From assembly GCA_964404025.1 (NCBI GenBank), contig CAYOIJ010000005.1, positions 1-63,228 on the forward strand: a DNA stretch of 63,228 nt, read 5' to 3'. The DNA comes from an uncultured Pseudomonadales bacterium (GTDB taxonomy: Bacteria > Patescibacteriota > Microgenomatia > UBA1400 > PJMF01). Below the pieces are notes generated by a model, which did no database searches, had not been told where the DNA came from, and worked only from the letters and a program-made list of their open reading frames with translations. This document shows positions 18,487 through 26,915 of the stretch, in pieces (position 1 is the stretch's first letter; each line of letters starts with the position of its first letter). The translations under genes and the position numbers were made by a program.

Positions 18487-18921
18487 TTAATGCTGGCCAG
18501 TACTACCAAAACCACCTCGATTTTTCTGATCATTAAAATCATCTAGCTCCTCCCACTCAACTTTTTCTCTTCTCAAAACTATCATTTGGACTACTCGCTC
18601 ACCCTTTTGTACAGTCACCGTTTTTTTGGAGAAATTGAAGACAGCTGCCCGATACTCATCTTCAGCGCCACAATAATCACTATCGCCAACACCAACCCCA
18701 TTAACTAGAAACAAGCCTTTCTTATGCAGTGAACTACGCGCTGCTACCAAAACAAAACTATCTTTAGGTATTTGTAGTGCAATATTAAGTGGTAAATAAG
18801 CAACCTGTCCAGCTTCAATTTTTACTTCTTCTCTACTAGCTAAATCCAAAGCCGCAGCGCCACTAGTTTTATAAGCTGGCAATACTAGGGTTTTATCGAA
18901 GCGCTTAATCTTAACTTTCAT
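18487..18921 (-). CDS. dut: Trimeric dUTPase
   Basis: AALDL, ARSSL, GVGDSDYCG, GERVVQ, RGGFGSTG. Confidence 0.96.
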   Translation of the reverse strand: MKVKIKRFDKTLVLPAYKTSGAAALDLASREEVKIEAGQVAYLPLNIALQIPKDSFVLVAARSSLHKKGLFLVNGVGVGDSDYCGAEDEYRAAVFNFSKKTVTVQKGERVVQMIVLRREKVEWEELDDFNDQKNRGGFGSTGQH

Positions 18922-18988
18922 TAATTTCCTCTTATTAAATTCAGCGATCATACTAACAAGTTTTTGATAAATAAGCTAGACTAAAGTA

Positions 18989-19597
18989 ATGAATTTGAGT
19001 ACTTTTACACTTGGCGATTTACAAACTAATTGCTATTTACTTGATAATAATCAAGAAGCAATGATTATTGATCCTAGTGATGATGGTGATTTTTTAAATG
19101 AAGAGCTAAGTCGAAATAATTTACAGTTAAAAGCAGTAGTCTTAACCCATGGTCACTTCGATCATTGTTTGGGTCTATTAAGCTTAGCTGTTTCTTGGCC
19201 TCAATTAAAAATTATGCTTCATCCTAAAGATAATTTCTTACTGGCCCAAGCCCATGATAGCGCTCTACATTGGTTAGGTCGCAACGCTGATCCCGTACCT
19301 AAGGCCAATCAAGAACTTAGTGATGGACAAAAAATCAAATTGGGATCAGAAGCTCTGGAAGTTATTCATACGCCAGGACATACCCCGGGCAGTATTTGCC
19401 TATTAAGTGATAAGCAAGAAAACGGAGAAAGATATTTATTTAGTGGCGACACCCTATTTGCTAATGGCGTGGGTCGCACAGATTTCAGCTATAGCAGCCA
19501 TCAAGATTTACTAAATAGCCTAGCTAAACTAAAAAAGCTTAAACAAGATAATCAATATTCACTTGTCTTAGCTGGTCATGGTGAAAGTTTTTATTAA
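18989..19597 (+). CDS. MBL-fold hydrolase (glyoxalase II-like)
   Basis: THGHFDH, HTPGHTPG, SGDTLF, AGHG. Confidence 0.9.
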   Translation: MNLSTFTLGDLQTNCYLLDNNQEAMIIDPSDDGDFLNEELSRNNLQLKAVVLTHGHFDHCLGLLSLAVSWPQLKIMLHPKDNFLLAQAHDSALHWLGRNADPVPKANQELSDGQKIKLGSEALEVIHTPGHTPGSICLLSDKQENGERYLFSGDTLFANGVGRTDFSYSSHQDLLNSLAKLKKLKQDNQYSLVLAGHGESFY

Positions 19598-19647
19598 AAA
19601 TCAAAAATGTTAGCAAAAAATATAATAATTAAGTATAATAAGAATAT

Positions 19648-19827
19648 ATGATGGAACAAAGACTAGAAGGTCAACAAAGATTAACTGAAAAAGCTCAACT
19701 AATTGAGGATGCAAAAAGAACAGCAGAGGCTCTAAGAAATAATCCACCAAAAATGCGCTTTGATGTGCTTAAAAAACAATATCCTGAACTGAGCGACCAA
19801 GAAATAAATAAATTAATCGAACAATAA
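19648..19827 (+). CDS. Small helical hypothetical protein (59 aa, not in ORF track)
   Basis: MMEQRLEGQQ...LKKQYPELSDQEINKLIEQ; TATAAT 8 nt upstream of ATG. Confidence 0.55.
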   Translation: MMEQRLEGQQRLTEKAQLIEDAKRTAEALRNNPPKMRFDVLKKQYPELSDQEINKLIEQ

Positions 19828-19842
19828 TTCTAAAACAAAATT

Positions 19843-20418
19843 TCAATCTTTGCGTAGCCAATATTGAACAAGGGTTCCTTGTTTATTGAGTGGTATCTCT
19901 TTAACTAACTGAAAATTGCCAAAAATTTTATTATCTTCAAATAGTTTAATCCCTTGACCAAACTTAACTGGTTCAATGGTGATAAACATTTCATCAACTA
20001 AATCCTGCTCAGTAAACAATTGATATAAACTTGCCCCACCACATAAGGCTACTTGCTCATAACCCTCAGTCTTGAGCGCTTGCAAAACTGCCTGAGGAGA
20101 TTTATTGGTGAAGCGTAAGTTATTAGGCAACCAATCCATTTTTAATTTTTTTCGGGCCAGCTCGGCTTGTTTTTCACTATCACGAGTTAAAACCACCATC
20201 AAACGTCCAGGTAAAGGTCGACCAATTGTGTCGTAGGTAGCCCGACCCATAATCAACACTCCAATTTCTTTAGTTTTTTCAGTAAAAAATTGATAGTCTT
20301 CCTCACTGGTCCATTTTGTTGAAGGCAATTTAACACTATCCGCTGGACTAATAAAACCATCTTGGCTGGTAGCTACAATTAAAGTGTTTTTAATTCTGCT
20401 TTTTTTTTGCTCAATCAT
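19843..20418 (-). CDS. folA: Dihydrofolate reductase family protein
   Basis: SQDGFI, LIMGRATYDTIGRPLPGR, CGGASLY, FGQGIKLF; beside thyA. Confidence 0.85.
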   Translation of the reverse strand: MIEQKKSRIKNTLIVATSQDGFISPADSVKLPSTKWTSEEDYQFFTEKTKEIGVLIMGRATYDTIGRPLPGRLMVVLTRDSEKQAELARKKLKMDWLPNNLRFTNKSPQAVLQALKTEGYEQVALCGGASLYQLFTEQDLVDEMFITIEPVKFGQGIKLFEDNKIFGNFQLVKEIPLNKQGTLVQYWLRKD

Positions 20419-21208
20419 CTTTGCCCTTTTGCCAATCAACACTCGTCAATAGTGGACCATACATATCATCTTCGATTTCAATTTCTAGTTCAGCTAATTC
20501 TTGCTCATTAAGTGGTCGGTCCATAAATTCAATCATTTTGCTATCACTTATCAGAGCTAGTGGTGTTTGCTCTGCGACCTCACCCATCTCAAACACAGCA
20601 GCTGTAGCCAGTGCTTCGGCTGCATTGACTTGTACCATTTTAATCTCTCGACCAAATAAATCTTCGTCTCCAACATGATCGTTGAGTGGTTTAAAACCAC
20701 AACTAGCTAGCGACATACCTACCACTCCCCAGCGTAGAGGAACAGAGCGACTATCAGGAATAATGACACCAACTTCTTTGACTGAAAAATCTTCCCTAAG
20801 ATTTCGCCAAATCTTTTCTGCTTCAGCATATAAATTCTTTGGCCAAAGCACATAGTGCTCATCAGCATTAGATTCATCAATCCCTGCATTAATCATTAAA
20901 GTTGCATTGGTGACGGTTAGCATTAAGTCATATTTTGAGCTATGAGGCTCAAGATAATAATCAGCTTCTTGGCGCACTAACTGGTGTTTTAAAGCCCGTT
21001 CTTCTTCTCTACTTACTTCTCTGCCTGTTTTGGCTGCTAAGGTAGGTACTAGTCGTCCTTGTTCGTAAGCAATAATTTTAGAAGTAATTACCAGTACTGA
21101 ACGCTCTGGCAGGCCATCACTAAACTGTTTTTTAATAGCAGCATTGATAATTGGTCGTAGTTCTTGACCAACAGCAATCATTGGAGTCTTTAGCGCAGTA
21201 ACTTTCAT
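20411..21208 (-). CDS. CofE-family gamma-glutamyl ligase (putative FolC2-type folate glutamylase)
   Basis: VITSKII, NAGIDESNA, VIIPDSRSVPLRWG, MGEVAEQTP; overlaps the folA start. Confidence 0.8.
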   Translation of the reverse strand: MKVTALKTPMIAVGQELRPIINAAIKKQFSDGLPERSVLVITSKIIAYEQGRLVPTLAAKTGREVSREEERALKHQLVRQEADYYLEPHSSKYDLMLTVTNATLMINAGIDESNADEHYVLWPKNLYAEAEKIWRNLREDFSVKEVGVIIPDSRSVPLRWGVVGMSLASCGFKPLNDHVGDEDLFGREIKMVQVNAAEALATAAVFEMGEVAEQTPLALISDSKMIEFMDRPLNEQELAELEIEIEDDMYGPLLTSVDWQKGKDD

Positions 21209-21267
21209 AAAAATTCTTTCAGTTCGGCTTTATTCTTTTGTTTCGGCTTTATGATATATTAGAACTT

Positions 21268-22140
21268 ATGGAAAAACAACGTTCTCAATATCAACAACTA
21301 TTAGCTGAAATTCTTGAACACGGACAAAGAGTTAAAACTCCACAAGGAGTAGACGCTCTGACCATTATTGGTCCCAAACCCATGCACTACCAATTAGCAA
21401 ACGGTTTCCCTGCCATTACTGAGCGCAAATTGAGTGAAAAAATTTGGCAACAAGCAATTGCTGAAATTATTGCTTTTATTAATGGTGCTAGAACCATTGA
21501 AGAACTAGAAAGTTATGGTTGCTATTGGTGGAAAGCCTGGGGAACTGAGGCTAAGGCTAAAAAACGAGGGCTTGAAACTGGCGATCTAGGTCCTGGATCC
21601 TATGGAGCTGCTTTTCATGACTTCCCTACTGCTGAAGGGGAAACTTACAACCAATTTGCCAGCATCTTACAGCAAATGCACGAAAAACCTCACCTGCGCA
21701 CTCATTTTATTAGCCCTTGGGTACCTCAATACACTATGCGCATTAAAAATCGCACCCAAAAAGTAGTGGTCTGCCCATGTCATGGTTGGATTCACCTGCG
21801 AATCATTGATAACAAATTAACTCTACACATGTTCCAGCGTAGTGCTGACGTCCCGATTGGTGTTCCAGCCAACATGGTTCAGTATGCTGCGCTAACAACG
21901 ATGATTGCTCAGGTTTTAGATATTGAAGCTTTCGAATTCGTTCATAGTTTTTCTGATGCTCATATTTATGTTGATCAAATTGAGGCAGTAAAAACCATGC
22001 TTGAGCGAGAACTACGCCCCCTACCCGAAATGAAGCTTAATCCTAAAGTTAAAGATTTATTTGCTTTTCGCAAAGAAGACTTCACTTTAGAAAACTATAA
22101 ACCTCATCCTGGTATTTGGAATATTCCAGTAGCAGTATAA
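21268..22140 (+). CDS. thyA: Thymidylate synthase
   Basis: FPAITERK, LGPGSYG, catalytic PCH, QRSADVPIGVPAN, DAHIY. Confidence 0.95.
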   Translation: MEKQRSQYQQLLAEILEHGQRVKTPQGVDALTIIGPKPMHYQLANGFPAITERKLSEKIWQQAIAEIIAFINGARTIEELESYGCYWWKAWGTEAKAKKRGLETGDLGPGSYGAAFHDFPTAEGETYNQFASILQQMHEKPHLRTHFISPWVPQYTMRIKNRTQKVVVCPCHGWIHLRIIDNKLTLHMFQRSADVPIGVPANMVQYAALTTMIAQVLDIEAFEFVHSFSDAHIYVDQIEAVKTMLERELRPLPEMKLNPKVKDLFAFRKEDFTLENYKPHPGIWNIPVAV

Positions 22141-22142
22141 AA

Positions 22143-22610
22143 ATGGCAAAAAAACAGAAAAATCAGTTTATCGATATCGATAACGCACGCGAAAAAGAGC
22201 AAAAACAACTCATGGAGGATATTGCTGAGGCTAAACATTGCCCTTTCTGTCGAGAAAATCTTTGTAAATATCACCGAGAACCAATTCTTAAAGAAGGCAA
22301 GTTTTGGATAGTGACTACTAACCAATGGCCATACAAACATAGTAAGCATCATTTTTTATTAATTTACAAAGTTCATGCCATCAATTTAAGTGATTTATCA
22401 CCAGCTGCTGGTCAAGAATTATTTGAACTAGTAGCAGAAATTGAAGAATCTTATAAACTTCGGGGTGGTGGCCTTGCCATGCGTTTTGGCGATACGGATT
22501 ATAGCGCTGGCACCATTAGCCACTTGCATATTCAACTAATTGAACCAGACTTAGCAGATCCAGATTTCAGTCCGGTCAGAATCAAAATTGGTAAAGATAA
22601 AACTAAGTAG
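22143..22610 (+). CDS. HIT-superfamily protein, HxHxQ type
   Basis: HCPFC, NQWPY, SHLHIQ; starts 2 nt after the thyA stop. Confidence 0.85.
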   Translation: MAKKQKNQFIDIDNAREKEQKQLMEDIAEAKHCPFCRENLCKYHREPILKEGKFWIVTTNQWPYKHSKHHFLLIYKVHAINLSDLSPAAGQELFELVAEIEESYKLRGGGLAMRFGDTDYSAGTISHLHIQLIEPDLADPDFSPVRIKIGKDKTK

Positions 22611-23463
22611 TAAGACTTTTCTTAATTAGCTTTTGTAAAAGCCAGGCTACTGCGCATTCATCATTGGAACGCTCTAACACTATTTCAGCCACTTCCTTAA
22701 CTGCTGGTTTAGCATTAGCCACAGCTACTCCCACACCCTCTACCATAGCTTCAATATCATTGTCTCCATCACCAACCATCATAATCTCTTTTGGGTCCAG
22801 TCGGTGATACTCTGCCCATTTTTTTAAACCCTTGGCTTTTGAAACGCCTGACAAAGTAATGTTGTAATAGGGTCGCTGATCAAAAGTACTTAATAATTTA
22901 TCTAGCTGAAATATCTTTTTTTCCTCTAAAGCTTGCATGTAGGCCTCCACTGACTCATTTAAATGATTGATTACAATTAAACCAGTGGTCCAATTATCAT
23001 CATTTTTTATATTTGCGTGGGGCAAATAGTCAATAGGTTCGCTACTCTGCCTACCTTCAAGAAAAGATTGTCCACAATAAAAAACCCGTCCATTACCGAA
23101 AGCAAAGCTGCCACCCAACCCCTCAATATCTCGACAGATTTTTTTTGCAATCAAAGGGTTGATTGCTTCCTGCCACAAAACCTCTGCTTTAGCATCAATT
23201 ATCATGGCTCCATCACAAACCACATGCAAAGAGTCGGGAGCAAATTCAGTAAATACTGGTAAAACTGTCTTAATTAAGGCCGCTGGATGACGAGCAGTAC
23301 AGAGGGCTAATTTGGGTAAAGAGGAGTCGTGCTGGCTTTTAATTAAATAATCTACAATGGCATCCCGATTCTCTATTGACAATTGCCGATGACTATCCAG
23401 TAAGGTGCGATCAACATCCGTTAAAACACCTCTAGGCATGGGTAGTTCTTTATTGTTTATCAT
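22603..23463 (-). CDS. Cof-type HAD-IIB phosphatase
   Basis: TDVDRTL, CTAR, GVSKAKG, VGDGDND, AVANA. Confidence 0.9.
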   Translation of the reverse strand: MINNKELPMPRGVLTDVDRTLLDSHRQLSIENRDAIVDYLIKSQHDSSLPKLALCTARHPAALIKTVLPVFTEFAPDSLHVVCDGAMIIDAKAEVLWQEAINPLIAKKICRDIEGLGGSFAFGNGRVFYCGQSFLEGRQSSEPIDYLPHANIKNDDNWTTGLIVINHLNESVEAYMQALEEKKIFQLDKLLSTFDQRPYYNITLSGVSKAKGLKKWAEYHRLDPKEIMMVGDGDNDIEAMVEGVGVAVANAKPAVKEVAEIVLERSNDECAVAWLLQKLIKKSLTT

Positions 23464-24406
23464 TCAAACTATTATCTATTATTTCTGATGATATTATATC
23501 TTGAATTTGATCGCGTAGGTTTTGTGGCAAAGTTCCTAGTTCACCTAAGATGCTTTCCATCCATACAGAATTAGGTTTTAACCATTTATGGTGAGCTGGA
23601 GTCGCATTGGTATCTGCATAATTGAAAATAAACAAATAAGCTAAAAGTAATTCTTGCTGTTGCCTATTTCCTGGTAAGAATTCTCGCCAATCTTTGAACT
23701 GTTCACAACCTAAATCAAGAGTAAAATTATAAAAAATATGGTGATTGGCTATTAAATAAGTAATTAATTCTATTTCTTTCTCTCCCAAATATTCACTTTT
23801 AAGTTGATTAGCTCTCCCTTCATAAAGACTTAAAAAGAGTAAAGCGGAAGTGAGTTGGTGATCAGGAAAAGAATTTTTTAAAACTCCCTGTTCATCCTTA
23901 GTGTCTTCGTAAGCCTGATGAGCTAAGGCTTGCTCAAGTTCTTCTCTATTTAAACCAGCTGAAATAGCCTTACCCAAATCATGGTGTAGAGCAAAAACTC
24001 TTAATATCAGTTTATGTTTGTCACCTAAATATTCTGTCGGTAGTTCATCTAAAACTTTAAAAATATGCTCAGCTGAATTGAGCCCATTTTTTTGATGAGC
24101 TTTGGTTAAAATAATTTCTGGATCAGCTAAAAATCTAAAAAGTTGAGTGTTGTCTAACAAACGCTTTATAGTGGGCAAAATATCTTTTTTAAATCTATCG
24201 TTTTCAAAGCAATTGGCAATACTTAACAAAGTCATTGCAGACTTAAAAACTTGTCGATCTAAATTAATGTTTGGCCAGAGCAAATCACAAGCATCTTCTT
24301 CTTTATCTGAATGTCGCTGACTGGCCTCTATTCCTCTATTTATTTTTTTTGGATGAGTTAGTAACTCTAAGCTAGCTAATGAAAGTTTCTCAGATAAGGA
24401 CGTCAT
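23450..24406 (-). CDS. HD-domain protein
   Basis: EHIF...ALHHDLGK...DH...ANHH...YAD. Confidence 0.7.
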   Translation of the reverse strand: MTSLSEKLSLASLELLTHPKKINRGIEASQRHSDKEEDACDLLWPNINLDRQVFKSAMTLLSIANCFENDRFKKDILPTIKRLLDNTQLFRFLADPEIILTKAHQKNGLNSAEHIFKVLDELPTEYLGDKHKLILRVFALHHDLGKAISAGLNREELEQALAHQAYEDTKDEQGVLKNSFPDHQLTSALLFLSLYEGRANQLKSEYLGEKEIELITYLIANHHIFYNFTLDLGCEQFKDWREFLPGNRQQQELLLAYLFIFNYADTNATPAHHKWLKPNSVWMESILGELGTLPQNLRDQIQDIISSEIIDNSLNDKQ

Positions 24407-24441
24407 AGATTTGTATAATCTATCACACTAGATCAATAGCT

Positions 24442-25401
24442 TCAAGAATAGCGCTTTTTAAAATTACTAGAGCGAGCTTGTTGATTTGCAAGCTCCTGCT
24501 CTTCTTCTTTAGAAAATTGCACTTTAATGATTTCTATGCCAGCACTAGCTAAAACCTTGTACCCATCCAAAAGCGAATAACCTTGGCTGTAATAAAGCCG
24601 TTTAATCCCGGCCGCAACTACTTGTTTAGCACAAACCGGACAAGGAAAAGTGGTCACAAATAAATCTGCTCCAGCTAAAGCAATGCCTTGGCTGGCAGCG
24701 CGAGCGATAGCGAGCGCCTCCGCATGAATAGAACTTGTTAATTCAATGGCTTCTCCAGAAGAAAATAAAGTGCGTGGATCACCACTAAAATATTGTTCTT
24801 GTTGGCTGGGTAAATGCTGATTGTAGGCACTCATCAATACTTGACCATCTTTAAGAAAAACCACTCCCACTTGTCTCCACCAATCATTACTATAATTAGC
24901 CTGTACAAAGGCTTTTTTCATTACTTCTTTTTCAAACTCATCCCCACTAATTACTTGATCAGCTGTTAATTTATTTTCTTTTTCTAAAACTGCTTTGGAC
25001 TGTGCTGCCCGTTCAACACTGGGTCTATCCCAGCGCAAAAAGAAAGAATCAAAACTAATCTTTTGCTTTTTCAAAAATTTTTTAGCTAAATATCTACCTA
25101 AATCATCATTGCTTAGCACCCACTCTTGCTCTTTACTTTGAAGTTTATCTAGAAAAACCTGCCAATCTTCTCGATTTTCTACTACTTTAATTTCGATATT
25201 AGGGTAAATTTTCTCCAGGATCTGCTTTACCAATTGGCTACTTAGAGCTCTAATATCTTTTTTTAAATATTCAAAATCTGGCCATTGAGATAAAAATTGC
25301 CGATCAAATAAAAACAATGATTTGGCGTCTTTATTCTTTTCTAAAAATAAACGATAACCCTCATGTATTACAGGTAAATACAGAGCTAAGTTTTTTTGCA
25401 T
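24442..25401 (-). CDS. dCMP deaminase-like domain with about 150-aa N-terminal extension
   Basis: RQVGVV, HAE, TTFPCPVCAK, GIKRLYY. Confidence 0.88.
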   Translation of the reverse strand: MQKNLALYLPVIHEGYRLFLEKNKDAKSLFLFDRQFLSQWPDFEYLKKDIRALSSQLVKQILEKIYPNIEIKVVENREDWQVFLDKLQSKEQEWVLSNDDLGRYLAKKFLKKQKISFDSFFLRWDRPSVERAAQSKAVLEKENKLTADQVISGDEFEKEVMKKAFVQANYSNDWWRQVGVVFLKDGQVLMSAYNQHLPSQQEQYFSGDPRTLFSSGEAIELTSSIHAEALAIARAASQGIALAGADLFVTTFPCPVCAKQVVAAGIKRLYYSQGYSLLDGYKVLASAGIEIIKVQFSKEEEQELANQQARSSNFKKRYS

Positions 25402-25962
25402 TTAATCCTCTTTAAATTCTGCCAATACGTCTTCTATTGTATTAATCAACTGGCTGGCCATTTTATCTTTAATTTTATTAGCAGTATTCATCTGCATTAG
25501 ACGAATTTTACCCGTAGTACTTGTAGTTGCCATTGGCTCTAAAACTACAATCTTTCCACATATTTCTTCTAGTTTGCGAATTGTTTCTATATCGTAAGTT
25601 TCTTTGGTTGCTACCAAAACATCAGGCTTAATCGTTTTAATTAAATTAAATTTTGCATCATTCAATTCTTTAAGTACTACATAATCTACACTGCGTAAAT
25701 GAGTCAGCATTTCCATTCTTTCATTTTGCGGAACAATTGGTCGATGTCGACCTTTGCGTTTTTTTACTTTTTCATCACTATCAACTCCAACAATTAATAA
25801 ATCACCATATGATTTGGCTTTTTCACAATAACGAGCATGGCCAATATGTACTAAATCAAAGGATCCCTGAGTCAAAACAACTTTTTTAGCTTTTTTTCTA
25901 GCTTGATCTACAATCTCTTTTATTTCACTGGCATTAAAGATAATGCGCACTGTTTTGTTCAT
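25402..25962 (-). CDS. HIGH-motif cytidylyl/adenylyltransferase (TagD/RfaE-II-like)
   Basis: GSFDLVHIGH, VGVDSD, RPIVPQNER, VDYV, TSTT. Confidence 0.9.
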   Translation of the reverse strand: MNKTVRIIFNASEIKEIVDQARKKAKKVVLTQGSFDLVHIGHARYCEKAKSYGDLLIVGVDSDEKVKKRKGRHRPIVPQNERMEMLTHLRSVDYVVLKELNDAKFNLIKTIKPDVLVATKETYDIETIRKLEEICGKIVVLEPMATTSTTGKIRLMQMNTANKIKDKMASQLINTIEDVLAEFKED

Positions 25963-26008
25963 AGAGAAACTATAACATAAGTTTAATTAAAGAAACAAAG
26001 CCAGATAA

Positions 26009-26320
26009 TTAGCTAGTGGGTCGTTTGATTTTTACGCCCACCATATCAATTTTAGGAAAATCCTCTCTGACTAGGTCCCAAAACTTTTGAGAGAGTTTGT
26101 CAGAGTAAACACTATAAATACCTCGGCCCATAGCTGCACATAGTCGACGATCATAATCACGAATAATATCCAAAACCTCTTTGCCTAATTGATGAAAGGC
26201 CTCCCCACCCTTTTCTTCATCTTGCTCAAATTGTTGATGAATCTTAGCAAATTGATCAAACACTGGTCGATTGTCATCAATCATTTTTTGATAATAAATT
26301 TGATATTTAGCTTGAGGCAT
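26009..26320 (-). CDS. Hypothetical protein
   Basis: 103-aa ORF overlapping the nadD stop. Confidence 0.6.
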   Translation of the reverse strand: MPQAKYQIYYQKMIDDNRPVFDQFAKIHQQFEQDEEKGGEAFHQLGKEVLDIIRDYDRRLCAAMGRGIYSVYSDKLSQKFWDLVREDFPKIDMVGVKIKRPTS

Positions 26321-26915
26321 ATAGGTTGTGTTTCACAATATACTTAATAATTCTTTGGTCAAGTAATTTTACTAAATCAGTTTCTTTGCTGGGGTTTTCC
26401 AAAGCCTCTCTGACTTGAGTGGAAGAAACAGCCACGGCTTGCAGTTGAGACAATGGAATCATTTTTTCATACAAGGGTTTCAGAGGAAAACCTACTCTTG
26501 GATAAACATAGGTTGGATAATTATTGAGTAAATAATGATAATCCCTGCCTAGTTGGTCATACCATAGATCAAATTTAGCTAAATTGTCGCTACCCATCAA
26601 AAAAGAAAACTGATGCTGCGGATAACGAGCACTTAAATAATCCAGAGTGGTCGCAGTATAACTAGTTTGAAAATAACGAGTTTCGCAATCTTCAATTTTT
26701 ATTTGATTAAAAAAATCCTCTCCTGCTTTGGGTAAAATGAGCTCGAGCATATCTAGACGCCGATCGGCTGAAACAACGCTTTTGTTAAAATCATGTTCGC
26801 CTACTGGCAAATACCAAATTTGATCAACCAGTCCCATTTCCAATACTGATTTGACCATTTGTTGATGACCAAGATGAGGAGGGTTAAAGCTTCCACCAAA
26901 AAGCATTACTTTCAT
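26307..26915 (-). CDS. nadD: Nicotinate-nucleotide adenylyltransferase
   Basis: GGSFNPPHLGH, MGSDN, VSSTQVR. Confidence 0.9.
   Translation of the reverse strand: MKVMLFGGSFNPPHLGHQQMVKSVLEMGLVDQIWYLPVGEHDFNKSVVSADRRLDMLELILPKAGEDFFNQIKIEDCETRYFQTSYTATTLDYLSARYPQHQFSFLMGSDNLAKFDLWYDQLGRDYHYLLNNYPTYVYPRVGFPLKPLYEKMIPLSQLQAVAVSSTQVREALENPSKETDLVKLLDQRIIKYIVKHNLYASS

Noticed and set aside
20411-21208. F420 biosynthesis
   Set aside because: No cofC/D/G/H in the window; coupling to folA favours a folate role
21268-22140. ThyA as phage-type dCMP hydroxymethylase
   Set aside because: Keeps the dUMP-specifying Asn (GVPAN) rather than Asp
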